Assembly: GCA_051362555.1 (NCBI GenBank)
Contig: CM120649.1
Coordinates: 12,586,001-12,650,000 of the forward strand
Reading direction: 5' to 3'
Length of the DNA: 64,000 nucleotides
Source: Lingula anatina
Lineage: Eukaryota > Animalia > Brachiopoda
Both the position numbers and the translations under genes were made by a program. The notes beneath the pieces are model-generated. The model saw only the letters and a program-made list of their open reading frames with translations. It made no database searches and was not told the DNA's origin. Below, piece after piece: positions 13,353-25,300 of the stretch (within the stretch, counting starts at the first letter, position 1; each line of letters starts with the position of its first letter).

Positions 13353-16300
13353 ACAGAAATGAAGGAACTATTTTACTCTGTTGTAAAAAGTCTTTTTTGG
13401 ATGGTCTCTTAGCTTTAGTAAAAGGCCAGATCGGTCTTTAAAAGGTGTTTAAGGTTAAATAAGTAATTTTTATCTGGGATAATTTGTTGAAAGTTGGCAG
13501 CTGTTAAACAAGGTGCAGTTCACTTGTAACATGATAATCAGATGAATATATGTTCTATAGTATTACACTATTTTTTTCACCAATTTTGTGTATGAAAATT
13601 TATGACCTTTCGTGTTGGGGAATTCATTTAGATTTGTAATTTGTGTATTGCAATTCAAACAGCGGCCAGAGAAAAGCTACTGCCACATCCAGTAGTTCAA
13701 ACTTCCATGCAAACATCTTCCTTTACCACGGCCAGCTCAAGAGGTAAACAGTTTCACCTATAGATGTCTCTGATGTAGGCTATGCTAGATATTGTATTTT
13801 TTTTATTATTATTATTATTATTATATTCTTTTTTTCACCAAGTTCGATGTTGTTTTAAGTCTGCCTGTATTAGTTCTTAGATGGTTGTTTCTGTAATAGG
13901 GAATGAATAGATAATTGTCGTGGCTTGTCTTGCAAATGTCAGTGCTACCCTCTTTTTTTTAATAAAATCACAATATAACATTAGTGCCCTAATAATAGGT
14001 GATTTACGTATTTGTCCATATGCAGACGAAAGAACACCACAGTGTTTGTTGTTATGCTTGTTTTTTAAATTATTTTAATTAAATTTAGTTACAGTGTGGT
14101 TAGATAGATAACTGAAATGGCATTATTTTCAGGTGCAAAATTATAATAACAAATTATATGTAGATAGAAAAGGGTTGAATCCCTAATTCTGAAAAAAAAA
14201 ACATTTTATTTTTTAGCTTGTTTGATAAATTTAGCAGTGGTTGTTGTATCAGCAGTTCCATTTGTTCTGTAAACCAGTGTTTAATTGTTGTTCAATGGCA
14301 TGATCTGTGTACATGATGGTCAGAGAACGACAAAATATGAATTTCAACCCTAATTTGAAGGTTGATTTACCTCCTATGGAGGAATCACAAACACAAGTGA
14401 CTGTCAAGATTCCACATATATACATAACAACATCCAAATTCAAGTTTAATACATAACTTTTAGAATCTTGCATGTTTAGAATTATCAGGGTTTAAGCACG
14501 TTCAGGAGGCCTGTGATGGTAGGATATTAGATTTATATGGAGCATGCTTGTATATATGCTGATAATTACAGTATTTTTGATTTTAATCCCTTAAACCTAA
14601 AATATTGTCTCTTGATTTTGGCTTTTTTCCCCCTCACAAGCTTAAATATGCCCTTTGTGCCTTCCCAAAATTTCATCTTTGTTGTTGTTGTTGTTGTTTT
14701 TTTTTAAATGGTAGACTTGATACATTATTTATTGTGAACATAATTGATTTTGGAAGTGCATTTTAGAAGAAAAGTATTCTTTTTTGCTTCATTATAAGGT
14801 GACATTTTGAATTTTCATATTGTAGACTTGATAGAAATAGCGTCCTAATTTTACTAATTTTACTGAACTAATTTTGCATGGAACCGCAGTTTCCACATCA
14901 AAGTGAACAATCCTTTTTAGAGGATTGCTAGATTGGATTTGAAAATCATTGAGAGTTTGAAAGTAACCATTTTACAAAGTTTCATGCTGCCCGTTGGTCC
15001 TAGGTGGTCTTAGCCAGTATATAGGCTTTAGAGAAAGACTTATGTTTTGGGGCCATCAAGAACAGCCACAACCACAACAACCAGGGCAAAGTGGTAAGTC
15101 TCAACCAGCACAATGTGGTGTTGTCTCAACCAGCACAATGTGGTGTTGTCTCAACCAGCACAACGTGGTGTTGTCTCAAGCCGCACAATGTGGTGTTGTC
15201 TCAAGCAGCACAATGTGTTGTTGTCTCAACCAGCACAATGTGGTGTTGTCTCAACCAGCACAACGTGGTGTTGTCTCAACCAGCACAATGTGTTGTTGTC
15301 TCAACCAGCACAATGTGATGTTGTTTCAGCGATCACAATTTGCTGTTGTTTCATCCAACACAATGTGATATTGTCTCAACAAACACAATGTGGTGGTCTT
15401 AACCAATACATTGTGCTATTGCCTCAACCAGAACAATGTGGTATTGTCTCAACAAACACAATATGCTGTTGTCTCAACTAGTACAAATGTGTCTCACGAG
15501 AACGTTTGTTGTAAATGTTGCAAAAAATTATATTTGATGACGAGAAACCAGAATGAGGTAAAACATTAAGCCAGAAACACTAATTGAACTTGCTTGGTAC
15601 ATTTGTTCTTGTTGTTAGTGGTACTGAATACCATAACTGGATGTTGTTTAAATTGTTAATATTTGTGAAATGTGTCATGTTGTCCAAGTTGTCAGTGTTA
15701 AGATCATGTTTTGGCACAGCAAAAGAAAAAGGTAAACAAATGAAAAAGTATTATAAATGATTAATATTGAATAGTTAGATAAGAAAAAAAATCACAACCA
15801 CTACAATCAGAGAGGAAAGGTAGGTCACAATTAGTCCCAAAGCACATTGTCTCACTTGTGATAATTTTGATCTGTTTATGATGTATGTTGTAACTCAATG
15901 TTGTGGTTCATGAATTATTTGAAGAAACAAAAATACAGTTTTTAGTTTATGGTAATGTTGTTATAATACCCAGTATATGTAGTAAAATATTGAAATGGTG
16001 CCAAAATCAAAGTTTTCAAGGCAAAAACATGTTTAATGAAATTGTATTTAAGAAGGAGAAAAACAGTTGATATAGTTTTAACAGTATTTGAGCAGAACCA
16101 GAATCTTATATTAGTAATGGTAAGTACCAAAGAACATGAGTTGTTTACATTCTTACCTTTTTTAACAACTTCTTACTTAGTCTCGTCTTCATCAGATTAG
16201 ACTTTACCAACAGATTTCATGGTTTAAGATTGGTACATTAAGCCCCAATATACACTTACCCTTGTCTCAGCTGATGTTTAAAAAATAATTTTTGAATTTT

Positions 16301-19300
16301 ACTTTGCTGTATTTGTCAGTAACATTTATATTGAATGTCTGTAGCAATGGTTACCTCTTTTCACAAAATGTTTCATTGTTTTTAGTAGCAGAAGTAGGTT
16401 CATAAATGCATTAGCATGAGAGATCAAATGTTATGAAGATTTTGCATTTAGAAGTGCACTGTGCATTTTGGGTACTAACACCCGTAAGTTGGGTTCAAAT
16501 CAAGCTTGAGTTTTAGATTTATAATATGACATCCCAAACTCAGTTTTCCAGAATTGCCTTAAAACAACCTTTTCTAAAGTACAGGATTTTTTCATAGCTC
16601 TAACTGTTTAAAGTTAAATACAGTAACATACAGTTATAAAACCTTTTTCAGGTGTTTAACATTGATTGATGACTGCCAGTGAAACTTACTTCAGAATATA
16701 TTTAGAAATAAAGAATTTGCACCAGCACATATAACTTTCTGTTTTCTGTGCATGGTTTACGTGTATTTACATAAGCCATCTTTATGTATGAAGCCCTGTT
16801 AAGACACTTTTTTTAATATAGATTTGATTTCTTTTATTTAGATATGAACACTGAAATGCCAGGACTTAATCCAGTTTCATGAAAACTACTGATTCTTTCA
16901 TTATCATTGTTGTTGTTGTTATAAATATGCATGTTTGATAATATTTTAAACAATTATTTAACCTTTATTTCAGATCTTGTTATGTATATCATTGCACAAA
17001 CAATATATATGAATAATTTAAATACAAACATTTCATTTGCTGTATCTTTTGATTTTTATTTGGTCTTAGATTCTAATTTATTTGTTTAGTTGCATGGCTA
17101 AAGAGAGTGCAACTGAATTTTGTTATTTTTGTTTTCTTCTTGCTACAGAAATTTCTGCAGAAGGTAAACATTTTGTTCTGTGGTGGGAAGTGTTATTTAT
17201 GGTTTTAAAATCAATAATCTAAATGTTTGTGTCATTTACCTTTAATAATTTGGAGAAGATAATCTTACTTTTTTTCTCAGGTGTAAATAAACCCATTATT
17301 TCTGAGAATATTTCATGTACCTGACATTTTACATTCACTTTTATCACTGCAAAAAGAATGAAGTTTTTTTTAAATATGGATATTGATATATTATTTATTT
17401 ATTTATTCCTTTTAATTATTTTGCAAAGTAAGATCTATCATCCAAGTTGTTAAAGGAAAAAATCTGCAGTATGCATATAAAGTTATAAGGACAGCTGTAT
17501 GATTCAGCAGATCAGTTTTGCTTCCTTAGTCTATTGTAAAAAGACCACCACTGTTCAGTGTTATTCATTGCTAACCTTCCCTGCAGCTTTGCTGGGTGTC
17601 ATTCTCCAACATGTTTTATGCAACACCGCATTAGCAATAATAGATATAATAGACTGCAATAAAAAATCCATTTTTTTCCTGGTGTTTTTTGTAACATAAA
17701 GCAGCTCCTGTACCCCCATTTGGAAGGTCTTAAATTTAAAGTATTTCTTCTTACTTTTTCTTTCAACCCAAAATCATGTCTTGGACTGGTTACAATCTTG
17801 ACTTCTAAACCAGGAATTTGCAAACATAAAAAGTGATTGAAAATAGTAAGAGATGTGAAGTTGGTTCAAAACATAGTTTAAAGAGCCCTTATTTTTGTCA
17901 CTCTCAGCACAAGATTAGGTATTACACCTAATACAATGCCCCAACAAGCTTCTAAGATACATGTCACATTTGACACAATGGCCCAACACCTAACACAATG
18001 ATCCTTCATACTTCATAAGTATATGTCACACCTAACACAATGACCCTTCATGTTTCATAAATACATGTCACACCTAACACAATGACCTGTCATGCTTCAT
18101 AAATTTATGTCACACCTAACACAATGACCCTTCATGTTTCATAAATAAATGTCACAAAGACTCACACCTAACACAATGATTCTTCATGCTTCATAAATAT
18201 ATGTCACACCTAACACAATGATTCTTCATGCTTCATAAATATATGTCACACCTAACACAATGATTCTTCATGCTTCATAAATATATGTCACACCTAACAC
18301 AATGATCCGTCATGCTTCATAAATATATGTCACACCTAACACAATGACCATACACAGAACTGGTCCACTCTCTCTTTCTGGACTTAATTTGTCACTCCTA
18401 AGACAATGCCTCCTTCCAGACACAATGTTCCTAAAACACTTCCCAGATGTTGTGAAACACTTAATGAAATTGTCCAAATTCATCCCAGGTATGGCGTTTA
18501 ACCAAACACAATGATCACACTTCCAATTTAGAAGTGCTGTTTAGCACTCAGCACATTGATAGAATAGCCACATCCCAAAATCAGTAGGAAGTACCATTAG
18601 AATTGTAGCATTGCTTAAGATTTTTTACAGTGTTGGCAAATGTTCTTATTCACATCAATTCAAATTTAATTATTTAGAAAACCACACAATTATTACCTTG
18701 CTTTGTTCTCTGTGCTTTTTGGTCAGGTCGTTTTGTTCCCTTGTACGGTACGTGCTCAGCTTTTATCAATGGGTTTGGGTGCAGATGTTCATGTTGATTT
18801 AGACCTTAGAGGGTACGGGGAAACAGCGGTATTGGTAGTGGTCCTAGTGTAACTGCATGTAGTGTTGGTTCCTGCTCACATTCAGTGTTTTTCCTTTTAT
18901 TTTAAAAAAATTTTAGGAAATTAGAAATTGAACAAATTAAAGGAATTATGCTGATATCACAAAGGCGTTATTTAATTAATTCATTTTCATGAATCTCTAT
19001 AGTAATTATCTTGCTGTAAGGAAGAGTGAGATGTTTGGTTTTATTGTTCAGACTTATTTTGGATTTAAACTTTTGTGAAATTGGGCCCAGGGATTGGGCT
19101 TTGATATATCATTAAAAATATGCAGTGCTTGTTAAAATGTGATAGGATTATATAAATTAACATGTATGAGTAGAACATGAAAGTAGCAATTTGTTATAAT
19201 GATGCTATAATCATGGTTGTAGAAATTGACTTAGTATAAACATTTGTAATGTAGTCAATTAATCTGAAATAATCTTTAAAGTAAAACTAGTCAATTAACA

Positions 19301-22300
19301 CATTGGGGTTTTAACTATTCTTCTCCAATGCAATGTCAGTGCTCCAATAACTTTGAACTGAAAAAAGGAAAAGGTCCACGTTCTGATGCATGAGCAAGAT
19401 TAACATGGGGGATTTTGAAAGAACAGGAGATAAATATAGTTCTTTCATTTTGTTTTATTACATATAATGTGTCTATGTTAAATATGGTAATTTCTCACAT
19501 ATTCCAAGCATGCACTTACTCCAATAATTTACTTTTTTGTTTGATCATCTAAAATCACTCAAAAATGCAGATGTTCAAACTGAAAATCTATTCTTTTTCA
19601 TAAAGGAACTTTAAAATCATTTGTTTTCTGTATTATTTCCAAAACTGTTTTTAGGAAATTTGAATCAATCATTTCTGTTTGGGTGAAATGAGAAATTGTT
19701 GTATGGGTTCATTACTTCCCAAGATTTCTAGGATATTATATGGTGGCAGTAAATATGAATGTTTTATATAAACCAATGAATGTTGTATTTTTATGAGATT
19801 TTCAGCTTTTTAAGATGAAATTATCCAGCTCTTTGGTTACAATACCGTTACTGAAACTTTAAGATCTTTTGATATTGTTTTGTTGTACTTTGTTGAGTTT
19901 TTTTATTGTACCTAGGCAAAGAAAAATATTACATGATATATGCCATTATCTTTTGCTCGTGATATATTTCTCATTTTCATGCTAAGACCTACAACTTCAG
20001 TCCTAAACATTAAACATTTTGAGCATGTTGACCAATTCATTTAACCAATTCATTTTATATCAATATGTATAAAAAATGTTTTTGAAAGGTTAAATTATAA
20101 TATTGCACTGACTGTCATCATTTTCAACTGACAAATAATAAATGCTTGAAAGTAGAATTTTATTACTTAAAACAGACCATCACTTTGATTATAGTATTAC
20201 ATATTTTATCTGGGTGTCTCGTTCACTTTCAGATTTGAAACATGACTACACACTGTCCGAGGAGTTCTGTAAGAACCACTTTCTGATTGGTCTATTACTA
20301 CAAGAGGTCAAGGCCGCTCTCAATGAGCATCAGCATACCAGAAGATATGCCATTGCTGTCCTGCGAAATTTATTGGCAAAACATTCTTTTGATGACAGAT
20401 ACTCATCAAAGGTAAATATAAGAATAAATTGAATTCATATAGTATTATCTGTTTTGGTTCTCCATCCTTAAATTACTTTTAATGTCTTTGCCATGCAATA
20501 ATGAAATCCAATTCTAAGTTTCTGCTTTTGTTCATGATGACATTACCTTGATAAAATATCTATATTGTAAGGGAATAATTCAGAAAATAACTTTCACCAT
20601 GACATTATCTGGAGTATCTTCAGCTAGTATATGCTTACTGTTTTTTGTTTCCATTGTTGTTTCCCATGTAAAATGAATACAATGGTATAATATTTAATTA
20701 CATTAATATTTATAAGAATCACCAAGGACGAATAGCCACTCTCTATCTCCCCTTTATCACTGTGATCATCGAAAACAAACATCGCCTCATGGTAAGAGAG
20801 TCCCAGCATGCATCACCAATCACTCCAGTTGCAAATGGCGATGTTGGCCATCAGCAGCAGAATGTGGAACCCGAGACGCCATCAAAAACTGCCAACACCA
20901 CTGCCAACACCACCAAGAGCAGTGGAGATACTGGAACGCCCTCGGGAAGTCTGAGGCTTAATCGAGACTCGCAGTTGTTGGCAATGATCGCAGGACAAAG
21001 TAAGTTATAAATTGGTGTCAACAATGCAGTGGTAGCCTTCATTATGGTAGCCAGGCTGGGCATTACAGTCTCTCTGCACCATGTTGAGAGGCCAAAAAAC
21101 ATCCACATTTCAGTATCTATGGTGCACAGGCAGCCTTTATCACAGAAGCCGGGCTGGGTTTTTCAGTCTCTGTCCAGTCTCACCATGCAGGGAGGCAGAA
21201 ATGATTCTGATGCTCAGAAACCAGTGTTGTTTTTTGAAAATGATTCTGGCAACCAAAAACCAGTGTCAAATTTTCAGAAAATGTACTTGTCAAATAGAGA
21301 CTAGAGAAAAGTGATTTTTGACGCTTAGAAATCAGAATCATTTTTTTTTTTCTGAAAGGAAAGGGGGGTGGATGGAAAGAAAGGCCAAGGAAGGCCATTG
21401 ACAATATGTGTCTACCGCGACTGGGTACACTTGCTGTTAAGGTCAGGCTGGGTTTTATAGCAACAGTGACTGTTCGGTGTCATCGGCACAGAGGTAGACT
21501 TCACTGCAGAGGCTGGGCTGGGCATTAGTCTCTCTTTGCCATGCACAGAAGATATGAAATGGCTGCAGAACAAGATCTACATGTACCTCACACAGGTAGC
21601 TTTCACAGCGAAAGCTGAGCTGGGTATTATAGTCTGTCTCTGCCGTGCAGGGAGGACGAAACAAGTGCAGATTGGTGTCTGTGGTGCACAAGAAGTCTTT
21701 ACTGCAGAAGCTGGTCTGGGTATTATGGTCTCTGTCTCCACCATGCACTGAGATCGAGATCACTGGTAATTGTAACATAATATAAAAAATTCACTAGGTG
21801 GGAGAAGACAATAATGTGTATGCCAGATTACGGGGTATAAAGGCGAGTTTGACATATCAGGAAGATTTCCCTTTTCTTGCCACTCTTAAATGCCTCTAAG
21901 TAACTTAAGTTACTAAAGAAGTCTGACCAAAAGTCATACATGGAGATTTTTAATATGCCATTGGATTTGACCTTTGATCTCAATTTTAAATTCAAATTGA
22001 TAAGTAATAATGGGAAATTTCTATGAAAAATATATTTCTTTGTTCTGAATTTCAGACATTACATGAACTTAGGCTTTCAAATTAAATTGAGCAGTTACTC
22101 TTAAGGTCTCTTTTCATCTTCGTGAGTTAGGGGTAAATGGGTGCATTTTCATGGGAGAAACAGGTATTAGATGCTGAAGTTCAAACCTCTTATCTAATTC
22201 TGAAACTGTTAATGCTAGAGACCTCTTGTTTGTTGCATTTTGTAGAGCTTGTCAAATGTAACAGTAGGGGTGGTATCAGTTTCTCTTGTTTTTGATATGG

Positions 22301-25300
22301 TTTATAAGTTGCACTGTCAAAAAGTATAATGACATAATGTTCATGTCATAATGGTGAAAATGAAATTTGAAATTCTCCCAAACTGGAAGAAATATGCCCA
22401 TTGTTATTATTGGACTTAAATAGGCAGTCTTACTGTGACCTTGGATTGGACCTTTGACATACTTTTCAGCATGAAATGTACTTTGCAAAAACTGGAAGAA
22501 ATATGCCCATAGTTACAGTAACTATTGAACTTAGATTGGAAGTGGTATCTGGGCAAACATAACGTGACCTTGAATTTGACCTTAGACTACTTTTCCCTCA
22601 ATTTTGTCATTAATTGTAATTTTGTACAAAAAAAAAGCAATCTTCAAAAAGACTACACAAACCTAAAGAAAAGTGACATAATGAACTATATTTTAGAGAT
22701 AGAAGCAAGATTAGAGATAGAAGCAAGACATATTTTCAATTGGAAAAGTTTTTCAATGACCAAATTTTCAAGGACCACATTGTGGTAATTCACAAAGGCC
22801 ACAAATAATCTAAAACTGATGAATGAACTTACATACCAACAGGCATAAAAGATATTATATTAATTAATCATAAACCAACCACCAACACATAACACTGTAA
22901 TATTAAAACTATAGCCTATATTACAATTATTAATATATTAATATACAATTACAACTCTTGCAGATAAAACCATTAATTCCAAAAGCAACACATATTAAAC
23001 ATTTCAATCTACACTTGAATTTACCCTTTAACCTACTTCTCCCCATAAAATAATACTACCACATTCACCCAACCCTGCTTCTCCTGATAATACACACACA
23101 CTTTCCTTTAAAGTTCAATATGCTTACTCCCGCTTGTGGTACAATATAATAAGAGGTGGTATTACCTCTCAGACCCTCTAGTTTACTTTGTTACAGTAAG
23201 CTACAAATATGTTTCCTGATGTGAAGGAATGCACCAGTTAAAATTGGATTTTATAATGAAGCAGCAAATGGGTCTTTTTCTTCAGAATGTTCCCAACAAG
23301 ACTGTTCTTTGTCTTCTTGAAGGCAATTGTGCCACCAAAAAAGTGGATTGCCTGAATCTGGTTTGAAAAATACGTTTGCGTGTGCTTTGTGGTTTTTTCT
23401 CTGGTTAGTACATTTCTCATCCAGCAATTTGGTCTGATCATGTAGTTGTTTGTGAAAGCGCAGGATCTCACAGTCAGAACTGTACTGGAGTAGGTGCTCT
23501 GTAAATGAAGCTGTGCTTTTAATACAGCCATTGTTAAGAGTTGCCTCATCCAGTTCAGCTTTCAGTTTGTCTAGTTCAAGGGTAAAGTTGGCATCAACTT
23601 TGGCATGAAGTTTGGCTTGTTGAATTTTGATCGAAGCAATTCGTTTTTCGCAGTATTCGTCAATGTCTTGTTTTAAACATTTCTGGTTTTCATTGATGTT
23701 TGCTTCTTCGCTTTTTAATGCCTCAATTTCACTTATACAGTTTGGAAGAGAAGTTAACTGAAGTTGTTTCAAATCATCCAGAAGAATTATACGTTTTGCT
23801 TCAACAGCATCAGAAATGGACTGGCATGGATGCTTCATGTGGCACTGTTTAATCACTGTGCATAATTGGCAGATGGGTTCTTCGCAAGGCTCACAAAACA
23901 GCTTTACTTGCTCCTCTGGGTGGAGTCTGCAGAACACCATTTCTCTCTTCGCTATCTCTTTTACATATTGGCCACTCTGGAACTCTTCAGTGGTTATAAC
24001 TAGGTGTTGTGATGATATTTTACTAGTGGAGTGATACTTTTTACACTGCTCGCACAACCACTCCTTGCAGTCGAGACACCTGCCATAACAATATGATAAA
24101 CATGTATTTATTTATATATTCATTTATTTACTTGTTTATTCATTTATTGATTTTATGCATTCATTTATCATTGTGAGATAAAAGCTACACTAAGGTGGCA
24201 TTGATATTTAAAGGAGTGGAAATGATAAGTTTTTTTTTTTGTGTGTGTGAATTACAACCATGCCTATACTGTAGTTGGTTATTTGGACTCGAGTGTTATC
24301 TGTTTACTTAAACTGCTCACCTGTGTGTTCCGTCAACAGTCTCCCCCAGTCGGAGACAGGAATCACAACTCAAGGGTTTCTCATCAGCGGCCAACACCTG
24401 GTCTTTAAGACTGGTGATATAAGTGCTGGGAGGAAATCCATCAGCTCCATTCTCAGGAAGGGTGGTGTCTCCTTGACAAACCGGACAGTTGAATTGACCC
24501 CCCTTTTCGGTGTTTCCTGTGTATGTCTTCAGGCACCCAAGGCAAAATATGTGCTGGCAGGGTAAGGCACGCGGGTCAGCAAAGAGTTCAAAACATATCG
24601 GACAGGAGAGAAAATCTCGACTGATTTTCTCTGCCAGTTTCAATGCAGATCCTCCGACTGCCATTTTAGATCCAACCAGAAATATTTTGGCTGGATTTGT
24701 CTGTTGTCTTTACACTAGGGGTTCAGCCTGCCAGTCTTGCTTGCGCAACCAGTGCGTATACCTGAGGTACGTGAGATTTTATATACATGCATGATTCAGG
24801 ATCAGGAGGTGCGTTGTGTATTTACATTGATATTTATATCTTTTTTATCTGCAGAGGGATACTGGTGATTGTGCAATCATACTGCCATGCATTTTGAGTA
24901 AACATTCCAAGAATATTTTGAGTAAACATTCCAAAAAATATTTAACGATAAATGAGTAAGTTCTCAGAGACTACTGAAAGACGATACTGAAAGATGATAT
25001 TGAAAGATATTGATACTATATTATAAGATACAATACTAAAGTGTCTTTTAAGATTTAAATTTAAAAAAAATTTAAATGAGATATAAAGGCACTACACAAA
25101 GATTGAAATTAAAACTTTTAGTTGATAAAATTTTAGAATGGCTTGATGTCTCTAGTACCCAGGGCTTTAAGCATGAAGATCTTAAAGTTTAAGTTTTGGC
25201 ACTTCTGTACGTACTGATTGTTCTTTCTGTTTTGATAATTTAAGTTGGTGGGTTTTGTAGCCAGATTAGATGTCCCTCTTTATTTCACCATTTATTTAAA

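Noticed and set aside
15091-15481. Cys-rich ORFs in three frames
   Set aside because: By-product of a stop-free 25-bp minisatellite.
12150-18350. CRISPR-like appearance of the repeat arrays
   Set aside because: Units are head-to-tail without unique spacers, there are no cas genes, and the context is a eukaryotic intron.
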